Part shown: in pieces, positions 24,501 to 39,169 of the stretch
Layout of the letters: every line of letters begins with the position of its first letter
Numbering within the stretch: the stretch's first letter is position 1
Assembly (NCBI GenBank): GCA_964016885.1
Contig: OZ024741.1
Coordinates: 236,716,001-236,780,000, forward strand
Reading direction: 5' to 3'
Length of the DNA stretch: 64,000 nucleotides
Source of the DNA: Eledone cirrhosa
Taxonomy: Eukaryota
The notes under the pieces: model-generated
The model's input: the letters and a program-made list of their open reading frames with translations, nothing else
What the model was told of the DNA's origin: nothing
The model's database searches: none
Position numbers and translations under genes: made by a program

Positions 24501-27500
24501 TTAACACACGCACACACTTGATTCACTGCTATGTAGTCAATAGTATGACTGTTAACACACACACACACTTGATTCACTGCTATGTAGTCAATAGTATGAC
24601 TGTTAACACACACACACTTGATTCACTGCTATGTAGTCAATAGTATGACTGTTAACGCTACACACTTGATTCACTGCTATGTAGTCAATAGTATAACTGT
24701 TAACTCTACACACTTGATTCACTGCTATGAAGTCAATAGTATGACTGTTAACACACAAACACTTGATTCACTGCTATGTAGTCAATAGTATGACTGTTAA
24801 CTCACACAGACTTCATTCTGTGCTATGTAGTCAATATTATGATTGTTAACTCTACACACGTGATTCACTGCTATTTAGTCAATAGTATGACTGTTAACAC
24901 ACACACAGCTGATTCACTGCTATGTAGTCAATAGTATGACTGTTAACACACACACACTTGATTCACTGCTATGTAGTCAATAGTATGACTGTTAACACGC
25001 ACAGTTGATTCACTGCTATGTAGTCAATAGTATGACTGTTAACACACACACACTTGATTCACTGCTATGTAGTCAATAGTATGACTGTTAACTCTACACA
25101 CTTGATTCACTGCTATGTAGTCAATAGTATGACTGTTAACACACACACAGCTGATTCACTGCTATGTAGTCAATAGTATGACTGTTAACACACACACACA
25201 CTTGATTCACTGCTATGTAGTCAATAGTATGACTGTTAACACACACACACCTCATTCACTGCTATGTAGTCAATAGTATGACTGTTAACACACACACACC
25301 TGATTCACTGCTATGTAGTCAATAGAATGACTGTTAACAGACACACGCTTGATTCACTGCTATGTAGTCAATAGTATGACTGTTAACACACACACACCTG
25401 ATTCACTGCTATGTAGTCAATAGTATGACTGTTAACTCTACACACTTGATTCACTGCTATGTAGTCAATAGTATGAATGGTAACTCTACACACTTAATTC
25501 ACTGCTATGTAGTCAATAGTATGACTGTTAACACACACACAGTTAATTCACTGCTGCTATGTAGTCAATAGTATAACTGTTAACACACACACACTTGATT
25601 CACTGCTATGTAGTCAATAGTATGACTGTTAACAGACACACACTTGATTCACTGCTATGAGGTCAATAGTATGACTGTTAACTCTACACACTTGATTCAC
25701 TGCTATGTAGTCAATAGTATGACTGTTAACTCTACACACTTGATTCAATGCTATGTATTCAATAGTATGACTGTTAACACACATACACTTGATTCACTGC
25801 TATGTAGTCAATTGTATTACTGTTAACACACACACACTTGATTCACTTCTATGTAGTCAATTGTATGATTGTTAACACACACACCCTTGATTCACTGCTA
25901 TGTCGTCAATAGTATGACTGTTAAGTCTACATACAGGATTCACTGCTATGTAGTCGATAGTATGACTGTTAACACGCACACACTTGATTCACTGCTATGT
26001 ACTCAATAGAATGACTGTTAACTCTACACACTTGATTCACTGCTATGTAGTCAATAGTATGACTGTTAACTCTACACACTTGATTCACTGCTATGTAGTC
26101 AATAGTATGACTGTTAACACTACACACGTGATTCACTGCTATGTAGTCAATAGTATGACTGTTAACACTACACACGTGATTCACTGCTATGTAGTCAATA
26201 GTATGACTGTTAACTCTACACACTTGATTCACTGCTATGTAGTCAATAGTATGACTGTTAACACAAACACTTGATTCACTGCTATGTAGTCAATAAGATG
26301 ACTGTTAAGTCTACATACAGGATTCACTGCTATGTAGTCGATAGTATGACTGTTAACGCGCACACACTTGATTCACTGCTATGTAGTCAATAGTATGACT
26401 GTTAACTCTACACACACTTGCTTCACTGCTATGTAGTCAATAGAATGACTGTTAACTCTACACACTTGATTCACTGCTATGTAGTCAATAGTATGACTGT
26501 TAACTCTACACACTTGATTCACTGCTATGTAGTCAATAGTATGACTGTTAACAGACACACACTTGATTCACTGCTATGAGGTCAATAGTATGACTGTTAA
26601 CTCTACACACTTGATTCACTGCTATGTAGTCAATAGTATGACTGTTAACTCTACACACTTGATTCAATGCTATGTATTCAATAGTATGACTGTTAACACA
26701 CATACACTTGATTCACTGCTATGTAGTCAATTGTATTACTGTTAACACACACACACTTGATTCACTTCTATGTAGTCAATTGTATGATTGTTAACACACA
26801 CACCCTTGATTCACTGCTATGTCGTCAATAGTATGACTGTTAAGTCTACATACAGGATTCACTGCTATGTAGTCGATAGTATGACTGTTAACACGCACAC
26901 ACTTGATCCACTGCTATGTAGTCAATAGAATGACTGTTAACTCTACACACTTGATTCACTGCTATGTAGTCAATAGTATGACTGTTAACTCTACACACTT
27001 GATTCACTGCTATGTAGTCAATAGTATGACTGTTAACACTACACACGTGATTCACTGCTATGTAGTCAATAGTATGACTGTTAACACTACACACGTGATT
27101 CACTGCTATGTAGTCAATAGTATGACTGTTAACTCTACACACTTGATTCACTGCTATGTAGTCAATAGTATGACTGTTAACACAAACACTTGATTCACTG
27201 CTATGTAGTCAATAAGATGACTGTTAAGTCTACATACAGGATTCACTGCTATGTAGTCGATAGTATGACTGTTAACGCGCACACACTTGATTCACTGCTA
27301 TGTAGTCAATAGTATGACTGTTAACTCTACACACACTTGCTTCACTGCTATGTAGTCAATAGAATGACTGTTAACTCTACACACTTGATTCACTGCTATG
27401 TAGTCAATAGTATGACTGTTAACTCTACACACTTGATTCACTGCTATGTAGTCAATAGTATGACTGTTAACACTACACACGTGATTCACTGCTATGTAGT

Positions 27501-29892
27501 TAATAGTATGACTGTTAACACTACACACGTGATTCACTGCTATGTAGTCAATAGTATGACTGTTAACTCTACACACTTGATTCACTGCTATGTAGTCAAT
27601 AGTATGACTGTTAACACAAACACTTGATTCACTGCTATGTAGTCAATAAGATGACTGTTAACACACACACACACTTGATTCACTGCTATGTAGTCAATAG
27701 TATGACTGTTAACACACACACACACTTGATTCACTGCTATGTAGTCAATAGTATGACTGTTAACACACACACACTTGATTCACTGCTATGTAGTCAATAG
27801 TATGACTGTTAACGCTACACACTTGATTCACTGCTATGTAGTCAATAGTATAACTGTTAACTCTACACACTTGATTCACTGCTATGAAGTCAATAGTATG
27901 ACTGTTAACACACACACACTTGATTCACTGCTATGTAGTCAATAGTATGACTGTTAACTCACACAGACTTCATTCTGTACTATGTAGTCAGTATTATGAT
28001 TGTTAACTCTACACACGTGATTCATTGCTATTTAGTCAATAGTATGACTGTTAACACACACACAGCTGATTCACTGCTATGTAGTCAATAGTATGACTGT
28101 TAACACACACACACACTTGATTCACTGCTATGTAGTCAATAGTATGACTGTTAACACGCACAGTTGATTCACTGCTATGTAGTCAATAGTATGACTGTTA
28201 ACACACACACACTTGATTCAGTGCTATGTAGTCAATAGTATGACTGTTAACTCTACACACTTGATTCACTGCTATGTAGTCAATAGTATGACTGTTAACA
28301 CACACACAGCTGATTCACTGCTATGTAGTCAATAGTATGACTGTTAACACACACACACACTTGATTCACTGCTATGTAGTCAATAGTATGACTGTTAACA
28401 CACACACACTTGATTCATTGCTATGTATTCAATAGTATGACTGTTAACACACACACACTTGATTCACTGCTATGTAGTCAATAGTATGACTGTTAACTCT
28501 ACACACACACTTGATTCACTGTTATATCGTCAATAGTATGAATGTTAACACACACATACTTGCTTCACTGCTATGTAGTCAATAGTATGACTGATAACTC
28601 TACACACTTGATTCACTGCTATGTATTCAATAGTATGAATGTTAACACACACAGTTCATTCACTACTATGTAGTCAATAGTATGACTGTTAACTCAACAC
28701 CCACTTGATTCACTGCTATGTAGTCAATAGTATGACTGTTAACTCTACACACGTGATTCACAGCTTTGTAGTCAATAGTATGACTTAACTCTACACACTT
28801 GATTCACTGCTATGTAGTCAATTGTATGACTGTTAACACACACAGTTGATTCACTGCTCTGTAGTCAATAGTATGACTGTTAACTCTACACACGTGATTC
28901 ACTGCTATGTAGTCAATAGTATGACTGTTAACACACACACACTTGATTCACTGCTATGTAGTCAATAGTATGACTGTTAACACACACATAGTTTATTCAC
29001 TGCTAAGTAGTCAATAGTATGACTGTTTAATCTACACACACACACTTGATTCACTGCTATGTAGTCAATAGTATGACTGTTAACTCTACACACTTGATTC
29101 ACTGCTATGTAGTTAATAGTATGACTGTTAACTCTACACACTTGATTCACTGCTATGTAGTTAATAGTATGACTGTTAACACTACACACTTGATTCACTG
29201 CTATGTAGTCAATAGTATGACTGTTAACTCTACACACTTGATTCACTGCTATGTAGTCAATAGTATGACTGTTAACACACACACACTTGATTCACTGCTA
29301 TGTAGTCAATAGTATGACTGTTAACACACACACACTTGATTCACTGCTCTGTAGTCAATAGTATGACTGTTAACTCTACACATGTGATTCACTGATATGT
29401 AGTCAATAGTATAACTGTTAACTCTACACACGTGATTCACTGCTATGTAGTCAATAGTATGACTGTTAACACACACACACTTGATTCACTGCTATGTAGT
29501 CAATATTATGACTGTTAACACACACACACTTGATTCACTGCTATGTAGTCAATAGTATGACTGTTAACACACACACTTGATTCACTGCTATGTAGTCAAT
29601 AGTATGACTGTTAACTCTACACACTTGATTCATTGCTATGTAGTCAATAGTATGACTGTTAACACTACACACGTGATTCACTGCTATGTAGTCAATAGTA
29701 TGACTGTTAACTCTACACACTTGATTCACTGCTATGTAGTCAATAGTATGTCTGTTGACTTTACACACATGATTCACTGCTATGTAGTCAATAAGATGAC
29801 TGTTAACACACACACAATTGATTCACTGCTATGTAGTCAATAGTATGACTGTTAACAGACACACACTTGATTCACTGCTATGTAGTCAATAG
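16250..29892. repeat. Near-identical 6809-bp tandem duplication within the satellite
   Basis: Every track ORF from 16595 to 22768 recurs exactly 6809 bp later (23404 to 29577). Rare variants such as GATTAACTGC (about 16350 and 23160) are shared. Confidence 0.95.
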
Positions 29893-32800
29893 TATGACTG
29901 TTAACACACCCAGACTTCATTCACTGCTATATAGTCAATATTATGATTGTTAACTCTACACACCTGATTCACTGCTATGTAGTCAATAGTATGACTGTTA
30001 ACACACACTTGATTCACTGCTATGTAGTCAATAGTATGACTGTTAACACACACACACTTGATTCACTGCTATGTAGTCAATAGTATGACTGTTAACTCGA
30101 GACACGTGATTCACTGCTATGTAGTCAATAGTATGACTGTTAACACACACACACTTGATTCACTGCTATGTAGTCAATATTATGACTGTTAACAAACACA
30201 CACTTGATTCACTTCTATGTAGTCAATAGTATAACTGTTGACTTTACACACTTGATTCACTGCTATGTAGTCAATAGTATGACTGTTAACACACACACTT
30301 GATTCACTGCAATGTAGTCAATAGTATGACTGTTATCACACACACACTTGATTCACTTCTATGTAGTCAATAGTATAACTGTTGACTTTACACACTTGAT
30401 TCACTGCTATGTAGTCAATAAGATGACTGTTAACACACACACAATTGATTCACTGCTATGTAGTCAATAGTATGACTGTTAACAGACACACACTTGATTC
30501 ACTGCTATGTAGTCAATAGTATGACTGTTAACACACCCAGACTTCATTCACTGCTATATAGTCAATATTATGATTGTTAACTCTACACACGTGATTCACT
30601 GCTAGTTAGACAATAGTATGACTGTTAACACTACACACTTGATTATCTGCTATGTAGTCAAGAGTATGACTGGTAACTCTACATACTTGATTCACTGCTA
30701 TGTAGTCAATAGTATGACTGTTAACTCTACACACTTGATTCACTGCTATGTAGTCAATAGTATCACTGTTAACTCTACACACTTGATTCAATGCGATGTA
30801 GTCATTAGTATGACTGTTAACTCTACACACTTGATTCACTGCTATGTAATTAATAGTATGACTGTTAACACTACACACGTGATTCACTGCTATGTAGTCA
30901 ATAGTATGACTGTTAACTCTACACACTTGATTCACTGCTATGTAGTCAATAGCATGACTGTTAACTCTACACCCTTGATTCACTGCTATGTAGTTAATAG
31001 TATGACTGTTAACACTACACACGTGATTCACTGCTATGTAGTCAATAGTATGACTGTTAACTCTACACACCTGATTCACTGCTATGTAGTCAATAGTATG
31101 ACTGTTAACACACACTTGATTCACTGCTATGTAGTCAATAGTATGACTGTTAACACACACACACTTGATTCACTGCTATGTAGTCAATAGTATGACTGTT
31201 AACTCGAGACACGTGATTCACTGCTATGTAGTCAATAGTATGACTGTTAACACACACACACTTGATTCACTGCTATGTAGTCAATATTATGACTGTTAAC
31301 AAACACACACTTGATTCACTGCTATGCAGTCAATAGTATGACTGTTAACTCTACACACTTGATTAACTGCTATGTAGTCAATAGTATGACTGTTAACACA
31401 CAGACTTCATTCACTGCTATGTAGTCAATATTTTGATTGTTAACTCTACACACGTGATTCACTGCTACGTAGTCAATAGTATGACTGCTAACTCTGCACA
31501 CTTGATTTACTGCTACGTAGTCAAGAGTATGACTGGTAACTTCACACACTTGATTCACTGCTATGTAGTCAATAGTATGACTGTTAACTCTACACACTTG
31601 ATTCATTGCTATGTAGTCAATAGTATGACTGTTAACACACACACAGTTGATTCACTGCTATGTAGTCAATAGTATGACTGTTAACACACACACACTTGAT
31701 TCACTGCTATGTAGTCAATAGTATGACTGTTAACACACACACACCTGATTCACTGCTATGTAGTCAATAGTATGACTGTTAACAGACACACACTTGATTC
31801 ACTGCTATGAAGTCAATAGTATGACTGTTAACTCTACACACTTGATTCACTGCTATGTAGTCAATAGTATGAGTGTTAACTCTACACACTTGATTCACTG
31901 CTCTGTAGTCAATAGTATGACTGTTAACACACACACACTTGATTCATTGCTATGTAGTCAATAGTATGACTGTTAACTCTACACACACAGAGTTGATTCA
32001 CTGCTATGTAGTCAATAGTATAACTGTTAACACACACACACTTGATTCACTTCTATGTTGTCAATAGTATGATTGTTAACAAACACACACTTGATTCACT
32101 GCTATGTCTTCAATAGTATGACTGTTAACTCTACACACACTTGATTCACTGCTATGTAGTCAATAGTATGACTGTTAAATCTACACACCTGATTCACTGC
32201 TATGTAGTCAATAGTATAACTGTTAACACACACACACTTGATTCACTTCTATGTAGTCAATAGTATGATTGTTAACACACACACACTTGATTCACTGCTA
32301 TGTCGTCAATAGTATGACTGTTAACTCTACACACACTTGATTCACTGCTATGTAGTCAATAGTATGACTGTTAACACACACACACTTGATTCACTTCTAT
32401 GTAGTCAATAGTATGATTATTAACACACACACACTTGATTCACTTCTATGTAGTCAATAGTATGATTGTTAACACACACACACTTGATTCACTGCTATGT
32501 AGTCAATAGTATGACTGTTAACTCTACACACTTGATTCACTGCTATGTAGTCAATAGCATGACTGTTAACTCTACACCCTTGATACACTGCTAAGTAGTT
32601 AATAGTATGACTGTTAACTCTACACACTTCATTCACTGCTATGTAGTCAATAGTATAACTGTTAACTCTACACACATGATTCACTGCTATGTAGTCAATA
32701 GTATGACTGTTAACACACACACTTGATTCACTGATATGTAGTCAATAGTATGACTGTTAACACACACACACTTGATTCACTGCTATGTAGTCAATAGTAT

Positions 32801-35800
32801 GACTGTTAAATCTACACACGTGATTCACAGCTTTGTAGTCAATAGTATGACTTAACTCTACACACTTGATTCACTGCTATGTAGTCAATCGTATGACTGT
32901 TAACACACACAGTTGATTCACTGCTATGTAGTCAATAGTATAACTGTTAACTCTACACACGTGATTCACTGCTATGTAGTCAATAGTATGAGTGTTAACA
33001 CTCACACACCTGATTCACTGCTATGTAGTCAATAGTATGATTGTTAACACACACACACTTTATTCACTGCTTGTGTAGTCAATAGTATAACAGTTAACTC
33101 TACACACGTGATTCACTGCTATGTAGTCAATAGTATGACTGTTAACACACACACACTTGATTCACTGCTATGTAGTCAATAGTATGACTCTTAACACACA
33201 CATAGTTTATTCACTGCTATGTAGTCAATAGTATGACTGTTAACTCTATACATGTGATTCACTGATATGTAGTCAATAGTATAACTGTTAACTCTACACA
33301 CGTGATTCACTGCTATGTAGTCAATATTATGACTGTTAACACACACACACTTGATTCACTGCTATGTAGTCAATAGTATGACTGTTAACACACACACTTG
33401 ATTCACTGCTATGTAGTCAATAGTATGACTGTTAACTCTACACACTTGATTCATTGCTATGTAGTCAATAGTATGACTGTTAACACACACATACTTGATT
33501 CACTGCTATGTAGTCAATAGTATGACTGTTAACACACACAGACTTCATTCACTGCTATGTAGCCAATATTAAGATTGTTAACTCTACACACGTGATTCAC
33601 TGCTATGTAGTCAATAGTATGACTGTTAACTCTGCACACTTGATTCATTGCTATGTAGTCAAGAGTATGACTGGTAACTTCACAGACTTGATTCACTGCT
33701 ATTTAGTCAATAGTATGACTGTTAACACACACACTTGATTCACTGCAATGTAGTCAATAGTATGACTGTTAACACACACACACTTGATTCACTGCTATGT
33801 AGTCAATAGTATAACTGTTGACTTTACACACTTGATTCACTGCTATGTAGTCACTAGTATGACAGTTAACACACACATAATTGATTCACTGCTATGTAGT
33901 CAATAGTATGACTGTTAACACACCCAGACTTCATTCACTGCTATGTAGTCAATAGTATGACTGATAACTCTACACACTTGATTCACTGCTATGTAGTCAA
34001 TAGTATGAATATTAACACACACAGTTCATTCACTACTATGTAGTCAATAGTATGACTGTTAACTCAACACCCACTTGATTCACTGCTATGTATTCAATAG
34101 TATGACTGTTAACACACACACACTTGATTCACTACTATGTAGTCAATAGTATGACTATTAACACACACACACTTGATTCACTGCTATATAGTCAATAGTA
34201 TGAAAGTTAACACACACATACTTGCTTCACTGCTATGTAGTCAATAGTATGACTGATAACTCTACACACTTGATTCACTGCTATGTAGTCAATAGTATGA
34301 ATGTTAACACACACAGTTCATTCACTGCTATGTAGTCAATAGTATGACTATTAACACACACACACTTGATTCACTGCTATGTAGTCAATAGTATGACTGT
34401 TAACTCTACACACGTGATTCACAGCTTTGTAGTCAATAGTATGACTTAACTCTACACACTTGATTCACTGCTATGTAGTCAATCGTATGACTGTTAACAC
34501 ACACAGTTGATTCACTGCTATGTAGTCAATAGTATAACTGTTAACTCTACACACGTGATTCACTGCTATGTAGTCAATAGTATGATTGTTAACACACACA
34601 CACTTTATTCACTGCTTGTGTAGTCAATAGTATAACAGTTAACTCTACACACTTGATTCACTGCTATGTAGTCAATAGTATGACTGTTAACTCTACACAC
34701 GTGATTCACTGCTATGTAGTCAATAGTATGACTGTTAACACACACACACTTGATTCACTGCTATGTAGTCAATAGTATGACTGTTAACACACACATAGTT
34801 TATTCACTGCTATGTAGTCAATAGTATGACTGTTAACTCTACACTTGTGATTCACTGATATGTAGTCAATAGTATAACTGTTAACTCTACACACGTGATT
34901 CACTGCTATGTAGTCAATAGTATGACTGTTAACACACACACACTTGATTCACTGCTATGTAGTCAATAGTATGACTGTTAACACACACAGACTTCATTCA
35001 CTGCGATGTAGTCAATATTATGATTGTTAACTCTACACACGTGATTCACTGCTATGTAGTCAATAGTATGACTGTTAACTCTGCACACTTGATTCACTGC
35101 TATGTAGTCAAGAGTATGACTGGTAACTTCACACACTTGATTCACTGCTATTTAGTCAATAGTATGACTGTTAACTCTACACACTTGATTCATTGCTATG
35201 TAGTCAATAGTATGACTGTTAACACACACACACTTGATTCACTGCTATGTAGTCAATAGTATGACTGTTAACACACACACACTTGATTCACTGCTATGTA
35301 GTCAATAGTATAACTGTTGACTTTACACACTTGATTCACTGCTATGTAGTCAATCGTATGACTGTTAACACACACATAGTTTATTCACTGCTATGTAGTC
35401 AATAGTATGACTGTTAACTCTACACATGTGATTCACTGATATGTAGTCAATAGTATAACTGTTAACTCTACACACGTGATTCACTGCTATGTAGTCAATA
35501 GTATGACTGTTAACACACACACACTTGATTCACTGCTATGTAGTCAATATTATGACTGTTAACACACACACACTTGATTCACTGCTATGTAGTCAATAGT
35601 ATGACTGTTAACACACACACTTGATTCACTGCTATGTAGTCAAGAGTATGACTGGTAACTTCACACACTTGATTCACTGCAATGTAGTCAATAGTATGAC
35701 TGTTAACACACACACACTTGATTCACTACTATGTAGTCAATAGTATAACTGTTGACTATACACACTTGATTCACTGCTATGTAGTCACTAGTATGACTGT

Positions 35801-38800
35801 TAACACACACACAATTGATTCACTGCTATGTAGTCAATAGTATGACTGTTAACACACACACACTTTTTCACTGCTTATGTAGTCAATAGTATAACTGTTA
35901 ACTCTACAGACTTGATACACTGCTCTGTAGTCAATAGTATGACTGTTAACACACACACACTTGGCTCACTGCTATGTAGTCAATAGTATGATTGTTAACT
36001 CTACACACTCGATTCACTGCTATGTAGTCAATAGTATGACTGTTAACACACACATAGTTTATTCACTGCTATGTAGTCAATAGTATGACAGTTAACTCTA
36101 TACACACACACTTGATTCACTGCTATGTAGTCAATAGTATGACTGTTAACACACACACACTTGATTCACTGCTATGTAGTCAATAGCATAACTGTTAACT
36201 CTACACCCTTGATTCACTGCTATGTAGTTAATAGTATGACTGTTAACTCTACACACTTGATTCACTGCTATGTAGTTAATAGTATGACTGTTAACACTAC
36301 ACACGTGATTCACTGCTATGTAGTCAATAGTATGACTGTTAACACTACACACTTGATTCACTGCTATGTAGTCAATAGTATGACTGTTAACACACACACA
36401 CTTGATTCACTGCTATGTAGTCAATAGTATGACTGTTAACACACACACACTTGATTCACTGCTATGTAGTCAATAGTATGACTGTTAACACACACACACT
36501 TGATTCACTGCTATGTAGTCAATAGTATGACTGTTAACTCTACACACGTGATTCATTGCTATGTAGTCAATAGTATGACTGTTAACACACACACACTTGA
36601 TTCACTGCTATGTAGTCAATAGTATGACTGTTAACAAACACAGACTTCATTCACTGCGATGTAGTCAATATTATGATTGTTAACTCTACACACTTGATTC
36701 ACTGCTATGTAGTCAATAGTATGACTGTTAACTCTGCACACTTGATTCACTGCTATGTAGTCAAGAGTATGACTGGTAACTTCACACACTTGATTCACTG
36801 CTATGTAGTCAATAGTATGACTGTTAACACACAAAGACTTGATTCACTGTTATGTAGTCAATAGTATGACTGTTAACACTACACACTTGATTCACTGCTA
36901 TGTAGTCAATAGTATGACTGTTAACACTACACACTTGATTCACTGCTATGTAGTCAATAGTATGACTGTTAACACACACACACTTGATTCACTGCTATGT
37001 AGTCAATAGTATGACTGTTAACACTACACACTTGATTCACTGCTATGTAGTCAATAGTATGACTGTTAACACACACACACTTGATTCACTGCAATGTAGT
37101 CAATAGTATGACTGTTAACACACACACACTTGATTCACTACTGTGTAGTCAATAGTATAACTGTTGACTCTACACACTTGATTCATTGATATGTAGTCAC
37201 TAGTATGACTGTTAACACACACACAATTGATTCACTGCTATGTAGTCAATAGTATGACTGTTAACACACCCAGACTTCATTCACTGCTATGTAGTCAATA
37301 TTATGATTGTTATCTCTACACACGTGATTCACTGCTATGTAGTCAATAGTATGTCTGTTAACTCTACACACTTGATTATCTGCTATGTAGTCAAGATTAT
37401 GACTGGTAACTCTACATACTTGATTCACTGCTATGTAGTCAATAGTATGACTGTTAACACACACACAGTTGATTCACTGCTATGTAGTCAATAGTATGAC
37501 TGTTAACACACACACACCTGATTCACTGCTATGTAGTCAATAGTATCACTGTTAACTCTACACACTTGATTCAATGCGATGTAGTCATTAGTATGACTGT
37601 TAACTCTACACACTTGATTCAATGCAATGTAGTCAATTGTATGATTGTTAACTCTACACACTTGATTCACTGCTATGTAGTCAATAGCATGACTGTTAAC
37701 TCTACACCCTTGATTCACTGCTATGTAGTTAATAGTATGATAGTTAACTCTACACACTTGATTCACTGCTCTGTAGTCAATAGTATGACCGTTAAAACAC
37801 ACACACACTTGATTCCCTGCATTGTAGTCAATAGTATCACTGTTACCACACACACACTTGATTCACTGCTATGTAGTCAATAGTATGACTGTTGACTCTA
37901 CACACACACTTGATTCACTGCTATGTAGTCAATAGTATGACTGTTAACACACACACAATTGATTCACTGCTATGTAGTCAATAGTATGACTGTTAACTCT
38001 ACACACTTGATTCACTGCTATGTAGTCAATAGTATGACTGTTAACTCTACACACTTGATTCACTGCTATGTAGTCAATATTATGACTGTTAACACACACA
38101 CACTTGATTCACTGCTATGTAGTCAATAGTATGATTGTTAACACACACACACTTGATTCACTGCTTATGTAGTCAATAGTATAACTGTTAACTCCACACA
38201 CTTGATTCACTGCTATGTAATCAATAGTATGACAATAACTCTACACACACACACTTGAATCACTGCTACGTAGTCAATAGTATGATTGTTAACACACACA
38301 CACTTGATTCACTGCTATGTAGTCAATAGTATGATTGTTAACACACACACACTTGATTCACTGCTATGTCGTCAATAGTATGACTGTTAAGACTACATAC
38401 TTTATTCACTGCTCTGTAGTCAATAGTTTGACTATTAACACACACACACTCGATTCCCTGCTATGTAGTCAATAGTATGACTTTTAACTCTACACACGTG
38501 ATTCACAGCTATGTAGTCAATAGTATGACTGTTAACGCTACACACTTGATTCACTGCTATGTAGTCAATAGCATGACTGTTAACTCTACACACTTAATTC
38601 ACTGCTATGTAGTCAATAGTATAACTGTTAACTCTACATACTTGATTCACTGCTAGTTAGTTAATAGTATGACTGTTAACACTACACACGTGATTCACTG
38701 CTATGTAGTCAATAGTATGACTGTTAACACACACACACTTGATTCACTGATATGTAGTCAATAGTATGACTGTTAACACACACTCACTTGATTCACTGCT

Positions 38801-39169
38801 ATGTAGTCAATAGTAAAACTGTTAACACACACACACTTGATTCACTGCTATGTAGTCAAGAGTATGACTTAACTCTACACACTTAATTCACTGCTATGTA
38901 GTCAATAGTATGACTGTTAACACTCACTTACTTGATTCACTGCTATCTAGTCAATAGTATGACTGTTAACACACACACACTTGATTCACTGCTATGTAGT
39001 CAATAGTATGACTGTTAACTCAAGACCCACTTGATTCACTGCTATGTAGTAAATAGTATGACTGTTAACTCTACACACGTGATTCACTGCTATGTAGTCA
39101 ATAGTATGACTGTTAACACACACACACTTGATTCACTGCTATGTAGTCAATAGTATGAGTGTTAACACA

